Shown piece after piece: positions 1-13,500 of a DNA stretch of 64,000 nt. A model generated the notes under the pieces. The model was not told the DNA's origin and searched no databases. It saw only the letters and a program-made list of their open reading frames with translations. The stretch spans positions 5,013,374 through 5,077,373 of the forward strand of contig CM082583.2 in the NCBI GenBank assembly GCA_040954595.2, read 5' to 3'. The number at the start of each line of letters is the position of its first letter. The stretch's first letter is position 1. The translations under genes were made by a program, and so were the position numbers. The DNA is from Balanoglossus misakiensis. Lineage: Eukaryota; Animalia; Hemichordata.

Positions 1-2357
1 TCGGCCGGCAAGCATTTTCATGGCTTTATGATGACTGCCCTTTTAATAGAACGAGCAAATACTCTGAGACACTGTTAGTATTATGCAGTGTTTGGAAGCC
101 GGCCCCACTTCTAACCTCACCGACATGCCACGATTTCCACTCTCCGCAAAACCGGCCGAATCAACCGTTGCTATCCAACTTCCGTTAGGAGCAGAATCCA
201 GAGTTAAAATATTTACTTCTGTAAAAATAACGAAACACACATCAGACGCTTCCAAGTATAAATTTCTGCGCTATTTTTGGAGGCATCAATGGAAACTATC
301 AAACATTTAATAATCTAATGTCAAGCCAGACACCCGCTTAATATGAAGACCGCATTCACCCCCACCTGTAGATTACAGTCTAGACATTTTTCATCAGAAT
401 TTGTTTCACTAAACGTCTGCATATTTTTCTTATCAAGCAAAAAAAAATTACTACTGAAATATCATGTTGCTGGCGAGGGTAATCAGGCTTGGAATTCGGT
501 TTTCTGGGTTCGATAATTTCACCCACGTGAAGGTTTTTTTTTTAACTGGCAGGTGAAAGATGTAATTAGCTCTAGGTATTTCAGTAATTTGTGAAATATA
601 AATTAAAAAGATAACTCAATGATTGCCGTTTGACAATGAAGTCTTCGAAAGACAAACTATAATTTAATATCAGTATTTTCTTTCTTTTTTTCCTTCATGA
701 GAAATGATGTCACTATGCAGTAATGCGACATGTTAAATTTTAAAAATTTTGTGTGATTATTAAGTAGGTTTAAGTCAGTGTATTGATCGAGGGATTAATT
801 ATTACAGAATGTGAGTTAGATGGTTTGTTGGTGTTTGCAGGTTGGAATTAGCCCTCAGTGGGTTGAGTTCAATTTTTAGAGATCATGGTTTTAATTTGAA
901 GGAGTTTGCATGTTTATTGTCATTGTTAATTAGTTGGCAAACTTAATGAGTATGTGGATTGTAGATTGCAAATTTGTTGTCCGAGATAAACTTGCAAGAC
1001 TACCTCTGTATTAAAAGTTATTGACTCTAAATAATAATATGACATTACTTGTGCCTTACTTTCCCTTCAAGTACAAGCCCCGAGAACCTTGTGAAATCAA
1101 CCAATATCGAGAGGAAAGCTTAGCAAGCACACAATATCAATTAGCCACCAAGCATAGCATATGGAAAAAAATAATAAACGGTTTTAATAGCAGCTTGTAC
1201 AAATCAGCCACTGAGCCATTTGTTAACAAAATGTACCCTAATTACTTTCTTAGAAACAAGGAATTAAGGCAATCACTTGACATCTCTTGCGTGAAAGAAA
1301 TTAACAAACTACACATCGCATACCCTAATTATCTTCTTTATAAACAAGATATTCTGATATTAGGAGACTGGCTTTCCAAGTGAAGGGGAAACAATAACAA
1401 ACCGCAAATCATTTTATTGTCTCCTTCGGATGCGCAGAGTAATTTATGAGACAGTAGTGTGAATGCGGGGAAATTAGCGGCGATTGGTAATTCGGAAAAT
1501 GAGGTTTCAAAATTCAATTCCCAGAAACGGAAAGTCGTATTCTTGGAAATGAAACTGTGAAGGCTCTTTGTGTCTCTGTTAAGTTGTTTCTCTCAGGTCT
1601 TAATTAACATGTGAAAGTTTTGTGACTTATGAGTGAAAGAGTTGGCTAACTGAGTGAGTGACACGTGTGTGCAGGTTTCTGTCGAGGTGAGTTTACCTGG
1701 GCAATGAAGGGAAACACAGTACCATCAAAAAGCAGAGTTCTCCTGTTAGAGCTCTCCCTGGCATATTGATGGTGGAACCCAAGTCTTTCTTAACCCACTG
1801 CAAAAACAGAGATTAATTTTTCCCCGCGACCGTTACTGTTGTTTTTATCAGCAGATTTTATATAACGCTGCCATGCCATCTAAAATCGATGGTTTTACCC
1901 GCATTGTTCATATGAAAAGCACACTTTGTATCTGTCTGCAAAAGTTCTAGGAATGTTTCCACTCGCAGTCAAAATAAATTGATGAATTCACCAGACATCA
2001 GGTTGTGGTTTTGGTAATTACTCCCCTTGAAATTTAATTATCTTGATGAAATTTTTTTTGTGGTCGCAGCCAATAAACACAACATTCGCAGGGGAATAAA
2101 AATAAACAAAGGAGACTCACTGAAATGTGAAAACGACGGCCTGAAAAGTTGGCGTTGGGTGACAGCAACTCAGGCGTTCCATTTGATGACTCTAAATACT
2201 AAATTAAAACGCAAAAGATAAGTAAATACATATGGTTTACCTCAACACTTGTGAAGATTATCAGACAATGCGTTGTGCATCATGTTTGCCAAGTCAATTG
2301 TGTCACCTTTCGTATAATTGTGATGAGTATGACATTTGTGTCCCCCAAGGGGAGGAT

Positions 2358-2530
2358 TGTCTGTCTGTGTGTGTGTTTGTCTACCTGTTTGTCTATCTGT
2401 CTGGAAAGGTGTCCTTTGTCTGTGGCCATGTGTATCCTTGTATGTATGTATGTGTACATGTATGTCTGCGTGGATGCATATTTGTTGGAATGTGAGTATT
2501 ATCTCTTTAAATGGATATGTTTGTGTGTGA
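2358..2530. repeat. Degenerate TGTC/TG/TATG microsatellite
   Basis: tgtctgtctgtgtgtgtg...tgtatgtatgtatgtgtacatgtatg; source of the spurious C/V/M/Y-rich ORFs. Confidence 0.7.
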
Positions 2531-4426
2531 TATTGCATAGTCATGTTTTTTTTTGGGGGGGGAGGGGGGGAGGGTGCAGTCTGAACACAAAATTCCTTTC
2601 ATCTGGTTCTTTGAAGTTTGCTGTAATTTGTAGTTTATCAAATTCACTTCCTGACATCATCGAGATAATTGTTACTCCCAAAGCTTGGTCTGCACACCCC
2701 CAATGTATACTATTTTCATCTGAATTCATTTCAATACAGTGTGAGATTGTCTTTGTTCAATGAGCTGAACAACATAAATAATCGGTCACAAGATATTAAA
2801 ATAACCAATATAATGTCAGAAATGAACATCTCTGTCCCTTTAACAGAATTCAGGCGCAGTGACAGAGACATTAGGAATGACAAATATGAGTAATTACGGT
2901 GAATGGGATTTTCCGAGATCATCTCAGCTTAGTTGGATTTTATTTGGCTTTTTGTGTGTCCCAATTTCAGTGGAGTAATAAACTCTGTAGGTTGTCTTTC
3001 CATTCTCGCCACAAAAATGTCCCCAAAAATCTACGCTTGAAAAGCTCAAGCATTACTGGTTTTGGTTTCTCTCATTTTATTCTGAGAATTTCTCTTTTCA
3101 TCCGATCAATTTTGAAATAACGTTATCAATAATTTCCACCACTGTACTGGCTAGTTTCTGTATCAGCTTTGTGGCGAAGGTAGACTGGTTTTGAAAAAAA
3201 AAACTAGGCCAAAATCTTCAAAATAAGCGTGGGCATACATTGGATAGAGTGGTGAGTCAGACATTTTTGGCGGGAAAAACTCCCGCAGGGAGGTGACTAT
3301 ATCGTAACCTTCATAACTGCCGGCAAAAAAAAAAAAAAATCTCCATTCACTACAACTTTGTAACCTAAGCCGGTGAAATTTAATATGGAGAGATACTTCA
3401 GCAGGGGTTTATTACTTTGACACTGCCTTCCTGTGTATTTTTAAAATAAAGCCACTCAAATTACTATTGCTATTAAAATACAAAGAGCTGTGATGGCCAA
3501 ATATTGTGTAATGACTGTGCGACCTATATAGCCCTTTTGCAGAAGTTTTATTGAAAATGTTGAGATATGATTTATTAATGTGAGGTCGATGAAAAGCGTC
3601 AGGGGGTTCTGTCATATTGGTTTACAGTGCGGCTGCGATTTTTAGATGAGTCGCTTTTGAGCCGATTATTCGTAAATATAGCTTGCAAGTTCAAGGGGAT
3701 GAAGAATCAGAGCGTGGATGATTTTGGTCCAAATTAAGTAATGCTTAGTAATCTTAGTTTCCATGGTGATGGTACAGTTTTTTTTTTTATATAAAAAGCT
3801 GACAAACGGTGGGCATGTTAATTAGCCGTGGTGCAGTTGGTCCCCCTCTGCAGAGGTTGCGCGAGGACACCAATTAATAAAAAAAACTTGTTTTGCTGAT
3901 CTTTGGTACATGTACTTGATAAGCGGCAAACAGAGGGCAGAGTCTGGCTGGCTCATTTACTTCGAAGCGCTTGCCCCATGGTGACTCTGCAAACACAGCA
4001 AGGAGCTGTATTCCAGAGTGTGTTGATCCCCACCGGTCATGCATGCTGATAGCTACGCTGACAATACCAGTCCCACATTCCAACGAAACTGTATAGCGCC
4101 GATCGCTCGCTGGTGCCTTTCCCCCCGCAAACTCCCCCCTGAAATAGTGCCTGGTTTGTTGTGGCGTGTGATTTGTTAAATACGGTGCTGCACCACTTAT
4201 CGCCGGCTTGACATGCATGGGCTGGAGCCTCGGATTGCTGGCGGGCATACCAGGCGCATTTGAGTGTATCAAATCATGCCAGGTCACCACCTATGATGCA
4301 AGCGATGACTTTTAGTGGTGTAGCCAAACAGACTGTGCAGCCAAGGTCAAGCCGTTTATTGGCCAATTGAAGTGCTCCAGTCTCCTTGATATACTGAACC
4401 TCAGAAACCAATCCCTGTGAATGCTA

Positions 4427-4568
4427 TCTCTGTCCGTCTGTCTGTCTGTCTGTCTGTCACTGTCTCTCTCTCTGTCTCTGTCTCTCTCACACACATTTAC
4501 ATGTACACACACTTACACATCACAGACACACACACACACAGACACACACCCACACACATAAACACACA
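4427..4568. repeat. Compound (TCTG)n/(TC)n/(CA)n microsatellite
   Basis: Directly visible tandem units. Confidence 0.85.
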
Positions 4569-7500
4569 AGATTTTTATAAACCACTCTCATGTACACATA
4601 GGTCCAAGATTATCAGAGCATTGCGATGCCCTCCGACTCAGATACTGGAAGTAGACGAACGGCCCCTGCTGACTTCGCCAACCCTTAGGGTCACAGACTT
4701 TGGTGTAATTAAGTGCAAATTATCGGGCAGCCTAACAGGGCAGCCAGTGTACAGTTGACTGAGTATTGTGTAGCCACCGAAAAGTGGCACTGCAGGCTGT
4801 ATTAATAGTGCCGGGGCTTTTCAGTCCAACAGTACAACTCGTTTAGCCCAGGCCATTTTAGGCCGGCTGGACGTGCACGGCCAAGCAGACATATTGTTGG
4901 TTGGTCAGTCAAGCATGCAGTGGGCAGGCTTTCTCAGTGTTTGCGTGCACATATACACACTGTATCTCCATCCAACCCATCCTGAAAATGCTGCTTGGAC
5001 AGCGACAAAATTATTTCAATCATGCATTGTATCTGTTGGGGGAAAAGTCTTGTGAATGAAGTTGGGGTAGTTTTCTGAATGCCCGAAAAAAAAAAAAAAA
5101 ATACAAATTGCCAGTTTGTTTGTCCTGGTAGTGATATTGCCCTGTTCAGAAGTATAATCTCTGAGTTTGTGTCCACGTTTTGTCAACATTTACATTCCGA
5201 TCAAACTCCAACTCCTGATTAATCAATCTCAAAACTCAAATAAACAGAAGATCAAAAAAAGAGATAAATTCATAACCCAAAATGTCAGTGTTGAATATTT
5301 ACAAAAGTGTGTGTCTTTTAACACAGAAAAATGAAGATTCATGCCAATTGTAACCAAATAGTTCCCCCCACCCATAATGTTTTCCACGAGACTTTGCACC
5401 CAGCATTGTTGCTTTGTCCGTTTGGTCGAAACCCTTTTATGTCACTGTCCTATAGATCTTTTGTCAGTAGTTGTCGTTTTGTCTGTGAAACAGTCTTGGG
5501 TTTTAAAAAGAATTGCCAGTTGAAGCAAAAATTATACATGTAGTTGCTTCTGCCATGCCCGGGTGTTGTGTGGTCAAGATTCTGGGGAACTTTCTGCTAG
5601 GACTAAACTTGTCCAAATGAGCAGTAAAAACTAATGCTATGAATATATTTTACAAGCCACTGTTTCGTAGTGGTGTCGGGGTGTTGTACCTCAATGCTCA
5701 ATCTGTGATGCATTGGCTATATAAGCATTGAAACAGAACAAGAAAAGGCCCTCTTTCAAAAGTTAAAACAATGAATGAGTATTCCTGGTTGTGGATGTGT
5801 TGGTTGAACAGAGGAAAAGCTGGCGGAGGTATTTTCAGTGAAACAGATAGGGTCACAGAAGACCACTTGGTCATGACTTGTAATGACACCATGATTGATT
5901 ATCCTCAACTTTGTATAATTGCTAGACAGATCAGCTGGGTGATATACACTAATTTTTATGTCAACATGCTGACCCCTGCCAGCTTTGCCAGCTTGTCCCT
6001 GTACCCCCCTGGGAACCTGGCCGTCGGTGCAAGCCCTTTACCCTCCAAGCCAATCATATCGCCCCTGTAGCGCCGGACGATTTTCTTCACTGAAGTGCGT
6101 CGCCAGAACAGAGAAATTGGTGGTTGTAACGACCATTTTTCGCCGAAGAAAACGAAAATGGCCCGCGTGCATGTGCCCTGCTTCAGGACAAATTTCTTCA
6201 GCCACCATGCAGCTCTGCCGTTTACCATCGCCACCCCCAGGAGCAATTATAACTGTAACTTAATCAGGTATCCCAGATGGTAGACAGATAAGGAGCCCAC
6301 TGACATGCTGAGCGGCCCGCTCAGCACGGCTGTGCTATCTGCCGTGCGTACCCCTTGTAGAACTCCATCCACTAGGAGCTAGAACCATGGAGCAGAAGAA
6401 AAAAAATCCAAATTTCTCCCCGGCAGATGTTGGCTCGGAAAAATACCGTGCAATAGAGAGTTCTAGTTCATTGAACTTGTTTAGTCACTAAATAGGGGGC
6501 CTTTTGTGGGCTCGTTTTTGATCTAATGGCCGTGTGCACTGAGCATGTCTGATTTTTTTTCACATGAAATATCTGGCGTGAAAAGCTTTGCCGGCGACCA
6601 CAACAATAGCCAGAGTTTTTAGGGATCCTCCTTGGCTTCAGTTTACATCTCACTATAAAGGCTGCCAAATTAACCAATTTGTGGGTGAAAACCCCCCACC
6701 CCTCCAGCTCAGCCTTTTTTAATGCGCTGATGAAAAATTCAGCATGCGGTTCTCCGCGAAATAACCGTGCAATGTCTCAAAAGAAAAAAGGCGGCAAAAA
6801 TAAAGTGATGGGACTCATTTTGTTGAACAGTACTGAGTATAAAAAGATAACTAAGTCTATGTGGTGATGGCTCGGTGTGCATTAAGATAGAGTACAGATT
6901 TAGACCCTAATCTGAAATGGGCTTAGGCAACAAATAATCACTAATTAATCCACATGCAATCTGTCGCAGACTGAATCAGTCTGTGGCCAACAGACGATCA
7001 CTTTACTTGTATTGCTTCCAAGTGCTTTCCCATTTTGAATGTTTTTTGTCATTTTTTTGTCAATGTGTCACCATATGAGGAGAGAGTGCACCGTGTTCTA
7101 AAAAGAAAAAAAAAAGACTGTTCGAAACAGAGAAAGAATACATGCTCTGCACTTCTTTTTGTCATTTCCAGCTGTTCAGTCACCTTTCACATGGACATGA
7201 TTTGTGAAATAAATAATGAGACATTAGTCTCTGATTTGTCAGGAACTCTAATATTCAGCCCTGCCCATTTCCACATTGAAGACTTAGTGAGTGTACCATA
7301 TAATTTCATACCTGCGATAGTTTCTTTTTATCAAAATAAAGTTTGCAAAGATACAGCATAATTTGCTGGTAAATATCGTGATGTGAATTGCACATATAGG
7401 CCAGCCAGTAATTCTGATTCAAATGTATTTTTAAAGATTTTTATGCTAATAAGGACAACCAAGTCTTGTAGCTGCAGAAAAAATTGTACAATTTCTGACA

Positions 7501-10500
7501 TAACATATCAGAATTATAGGTAAAAACGACAATCTGGATGTCAGTTAACGGTATTACTACCGGTGTATTGAAAGTTGGTAGATTTCATTCATTTGTGCAC
7601 GACTGGCATTATTTTTTATCGGTTCAGACATGGCAACATATTAATAGACTCATAATTATTACATCGGTATGCCGCATTTGTGTTTTCTTTTAATATTTCC
7701 CCATCTGACTACTTTATTTTCATAGTTTCCTATCGTTTGACGAGCTTTAGATTCATTCATTCAGTAATCTGTTTATACACACAGACGGGAAGCACTTCTG
7801 GGGTTGCACGTTGACTACAAAACATTCACAGTTGAAGTGTTGAACTCGCCGAGTACGTAGTCACCTTTAGTGGCGTTGACAGGGGCTCTTAGATTTAGTT
7901 TTTTTTTTACGTGGTCGGTTGAGAGCCTCGATCGAATGCCAGGTGTTGCCCGGGACGCAGCCAGACAACAAAGTAGCGTTTGATTTCAGTGTCAATGTCA
8001 GTGTCAGAGTATTACATGCCGCGTGTCAAATGTCAAAGAGGGGGGTCTTGAACCGCCATCAATTGTAAGCGGCGTGGCCCATGCAGAAGAGTCCCCCCAC
8101 TAGCTGCAGACGCTCGTTAATCTGTCTACGGGGTCACGATCAGCAAACCGTGAAGCCAAACTTGTGTTTGGCGATCAAAGCTTTGAGAAATTATGAGCTT
8201 CCCTTTTTTTTTCTCTCTCTCTCGCTGATTTGCATACCAGTGAAGAGTTTAGGGAAGAGAGAGTGCTGCCAAGTACAGCACCAAAGAATGTGTCTATGTC
8301 CGTCGGTCGGTCTGTAGGTATCGGTTCGACAAGACACACAGATGGGTCATCTAACAAATCCTGTGTGTACACACTCTAGGAAATAATAGGTCTGGCAGTG
8401 TAGTAATTATGCTCTACTAGTTTACATTCAGACATTTTTTGCTACTGATACAAGCGTTCCTACGAGCTTACAACTATAGGACGTTGGCCAAATTCTGTGG
8501 TATTTCTTTTTCATTATTTTTCAAGTAACTTTAATTCTTTTAATGAATTGTTATCTGCATCCATTGGTAGTGCAAACTGAAAATTGCCACGTCAGATCCC
8601 TGCAGAAGGACACCACCGTTCAACCAAATATTGGTTCATTAAAATGGAACTGTATACTACAAGCGCCGCGTCTTATAACAGTATATCTTTTTGCAAATGA
8701 AACAATCCAGATGAATAATTGATATGGAGATGCGGTAAAATCTAGTTCATGTCGAAATCTACAATGTAGTTTTGATTCTGCTAGGTATCAGTTATAAATG
8801 ACATACCACCTGGTGGTACAAAGCTAGCTGCCAAGTATTTGAGGGAGGGGGGGGGGGTTCAAACAAGCGATAAAAACAGACACAGACGAAGCCACCCCTC
8901 CGTGACCCCTCTATGCCTACTTACCAGCTTGTAGCCTGTCAAACATTGTTTGTACACTGGGCCTATTTGCTGATAGAGTTTCCTATAAACAAATCAGCTT
9001 TTGACATCTCTAATATTGATTTTCCTTGTTGGGTTTGCCGGCGACAGGCCCTCCAGTCGGTCGCCTGGTCGTGACACTCCTCACATCAAATGCGCAGCGC
9101 ATTCCAGCGCCAACGTGACGTTTCTCGGCAGAGATGCAGTGGCTGAATAAGCTTGTCTGTTTAGCCAAAAAAAAAAAACTCAGTCCAGTAAGTTTTCAAC
9201 TCGAGTTTTCAGCGGTAAGCAACAACCAGAATACACTGCTGGGGGATGTTTTTCCTCATAAATGTAGCGGTTCCTTTGTTCATTAAATAAAATCATCATT
9301 CACAATAAAGCTCCAAGTTGCATCACTGTGTACCGATTTAACACTAAGTTTGCCACACCAAGACAACACTGTTGTTTATTTGCTTCCCATAATTTGACGA
9401 TCTGGAAAACAAACATCAAGTCTGAACCCAAAGTTTTGAACATAGAGGGCTGCTCCGATGTGTGGTCTCCTGGTTTTTGTTGATGTTGTTGTTTCAAACA
9501 CCCTCCTTCGCATTTCGTGTTGACTTCAACAAGCTTTGGCTGATTGAGTGGCAGACCACACTAATACAAGCCAGAGTGGTTGCCTTAGTACATCTTGTAT
9601 CCGTCTGCTCAGCCATGCAAACAGATTAATATTGTTTTTATTCAGAGGTCCGTGTACTCATATTGTTGATTAATACCTGCCATACACCATCACAACTAAA
9701 TTAATCATCCTGTCTGCCGTACCTGGGTATTAAATTTTCCCCTTATTTATTGTACAGCTCTGGACATCTCTTTAGTTTCCGTCAAACGATTGTAAATTTA
9801 GTCCAAGGCACAATAGCAGGATCTGTCAGTGTTCATTCAAAACAATTACCACCTCCCTTTGTGATGTTTAATATGCTACGAATGATAAAATAAGTCTCGT
9901 TGAATGTGCGGTATATATTAATTGTTTACAGAGACACTGCAGATGATTTTCTGAGTTTTTTGTAATTGCTCTGGAAATGTAGTCTAAACACGTCCTGTTT
10001 AAGTCTTTCCTGCCAGGAATTTCCATCTCTGGGATTCAGAAGTTTCTAATTAATGAACTGTGCAGTATTTTTTTTAAAAAGTTAATATTTATTTTAGCGC
10101 TCTGAAATCTGTAATCACACAGGGAGTGGTGTTTTTTGTCGCCATGTGGCCCACGTACTAAATATAAATGAAACAGGCAACTGTTCATGAAATGCATAAT
10201 GTCAAAGCTTCAATTTAGTTGCAATTTCTTTCATTTAATTTGTTCAAGTCCTACAAGTTTACTTACTTTGAAATAAAGTATAAATTCATGCTGCTTGCAT
10301 GCGTGTTAAAAATATACTGGTGCAGCAGACCATTGAGTCAGTGTGAATAAAAATTTGCACAGGACTTGTTGCAATATAAGCTTAAAACTTCTTGGCTGTG
10401 TCAATGTTTGCGGAATCATCATATAACGATAAATTTGTTCATAATAACTGAAATGCTCACCAGTAGCTGACCTTTGTACAACCATTGTCGGCAGTTGATA

Positions 10501-13500
10501 GTCCGAAAACTAAGCGGTATGAAGCATTTGTCTGTGTTTCAGTGACCACACAAACTTGCCAGTGACATATCTGCTTGGCCCAGAACATCGTACATTTTAG
10601 TTTTAGTACAGCAGAGGCAAAGGTTGTCATTTATTAAAGACACAGTGGCATCTATGCGCCACATTGGTGTGGATGTACCATGGTACTTGGGAACTTTGCC
10701 GAGAGAGAGAGGGGGAGGGGAGAAGGGAGGGAGAAAAGGAACTGTTATCCGAAGGGAAGGACAACACCGAAAAGTTGATAGTAATAAGGCAGCCTGCTGC
10801 GTATTACATCACGTCCCATAAAGGGAGTCTGGGATGGCTGCGGTGTTAACTGCCAGGCTTAGAAAGTGAACAGGTGCTAGCTGGGGCATTTTTGTTTTTC
10901 AAACAAGATCCACGAGCGACTCGGCCAACACTGATGGTTGGAGCAGATTGAGTTATGATGTTGATCCCCGAGCAAACAGTCAGGTTAAGGGTAGAAGACA
11001 AAGATCTACTGTAGATCAGGGGAAGGTTAAAGTCTGGGGCTTTTGATATAGAAACACGGGAGCTTATAAATCAGTGCCTGTGTCAGGCCGAGCCGCGGGG
11101 CAATCTAAACACTGGAATCGAGCGATCGACTTACATTTTAATAATATTTGCGCCTCGCTGAAATATTCCAAGTATTCATTTATTACTATTTTCCCCAAGT
11201 GGGTTTTTCTCTTGCGTGTGATGTTGATGCCGTCCGTCCTGCTGAATGGATGGACATGCGGTGGGTTTGACTGCGGTTCCCGAGTGGAGGTTAGGTCCCG
11301 TGCCCCCGGAACAGTTGCTGGAAACCCCAAAGACGGAAAGGTGCCACCCCGAGTAGGAAAGAGGTCCCTTGTGGTGGACTCTTAACGTCCTATCAGCGCC
11401 GACTGTAACAGGCACATATTGCACACGACTTGTCATTCAAGCCTCGCGTAAAAAAAAATCATTCACAAATTTACACAACTCGATACACTGAGTTAATTTC
11501 ATGGATCTTGCAAGGTTGATCACTACTAGATGTACAACTTCAAAAAAAAGTAAATTTTTGATCTGATACTGCGTTGATTGTGATATGCATAAACAAAAAA
11601 TGTCTGCCTCTCCATCACTAAAGCTCGCACACCCAGTTCATGTACACTCCACTTAACCACAGTCTATGGTTCAATGAGCTAAAAATTAATTTAATCTAAA
11701 GGAAAATGTACGTGTACATGAAGTGTGTATTTCCCACCAGTTTCAAGTGACACCATCAAGTCCCGGTTCAGTGTCAAGGAGACCCTTTTGAAGAATTTTC
11801 TTCATTCAGGAGATGATGTACTCCGTATTGATCCGGCGGCCACTGCCATTTGTCCTTCTGCAAAGTGGATAAGTGTCAGTTTATTGTATCTGTGTGACAC
11901 AGGTGTATGTGTAATGCATTTCTCACCCCTTTGATGTGAAGTTCAAAAAAACACCACTGTCAGACTCAGGTGCTGCATTGATGCGGTCATCAAATTTCCA
12001 TGCATCATATATTGTCACAAAAAGTATATCAGCTTTCCTGTGTATATTGATTGCACTGGGCTTCAGCTATAAATGCTTTGAAGAGAGTAACACATTCAAA
12101 TTCAAAGTAAACTTCTGTTTGTGTGGAAGGAAGACCAAACGTGAAATGTATTTCTTGAAATTCTTGCCGAGTGGAGGATAGACGGACTATATGATGTTCT
12201 TCAAAATTTGAAGGATTTCATATAACTTCACCACAGTGTCCTCCAGACCTCTCGCTTTTCCTGCCTCTCTCCACCCCCCCTCTCACTCCCCCCCCCCCCC
12301 CCCCCTTACGTTCAATCCCATCTCAAACTCGTAGTATGTAAAATCCCATTAGGGGTGCATGATCTATAATGTACAAGTTACTTGAATGATTGATTCACTG
12401 TTTAATCATCAAATTTATATGACAGGTTTATCTCCCAATTTGGGTCACTATAGTTACAGGTGTTGTGGTTAATATGATTCTCGGTTTGGTCCCTGAGTGG
12501 GACGCGAGCATAGCTCGGTTTCTGATCAGAGCGAGGCTTAGGTGAGGAGTGTGATCTGGTTTTTGACAAAACCAATATACTTTGTGGCACTTTTGCTGTC
12601 ACAGCAGACCTACCACCGGATTTATTTTATCAACCTTTTCCAACACCCTTGTTGTGGTTTAAGTTTTCACCAAATCCGCTTTACGTCTTTTAAGCGCCGT
12701 TTTCCTGACTGAAATTTCACCCCTTTTGTGAGCGTCGCGAGGCGAAATTTTATTCGGCCGTGATCCGAAATAGATTAATGAAATGAACAGACGTGGCGCG
12801 TTGCATTAATTTTTTTTGTAATTTTAGCGAGCGGGGAGAGAAAATAATGACGCTGTACGTAGACGCCAACACGTCGACATTTCTGCGGTGAAAGCTCTTT
12901 ACACAGACATCGTGAATGGTGCGATTATAGGTCTAGCGAGGGCCAAGTCTTTCAGTGGCGGCATTCAGCATTATGATAGTGATTTTCTTTTTTATGAATA
13001 ATCTGTCATAACAGAGTGAAAAGATGAGTGTGCTCTAAGGGGACAGGTGATGGCGGTGCCAAGAGATAATTGATCGTGTCAAGTGACAGGCTTTTCATCC
13101 GCTGACTTCTCAATAGTCAAAGACTCTTTTGGTTTCGAGCTGTCTTAATAACTGTCTATTGCACAATAGTCGTTCTGGCATAAAAGTCAGCTGAAATATA
13201 ATATAGCTTTCATAGCAGCTCCGTGTCAATGCTCCCGATTGAATATATGTCAACCGGAGCTCATTTCTTGACAGAAAGAAGCAATTTGCCTGACATTTTT
13301 TTTTTCACACGTCAAATTTCAACTTTTTTCTCTCTATTTTGGGGGGCAGTCGAATGTGAGTCGTGACCTCCGTGACCTGGCGCTGATGTGCCAGCATTGG
13401 GCTTTAGAAATGAAAATATCAGCGCTCTCATAAATGGAAATTGATTGCCTGAGGGTAAATTGTGAATTAAGAGTGGTGAGCGAAATTAGCACTGATAGCA

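Noticed and set aside
1597-1692. Possible exon between tctcag and a strong gtgagt donor (or a 12-nt microexon)
   Set aside because: The long form has stops in all three frames; the short form has a weak pyrimidine tract.
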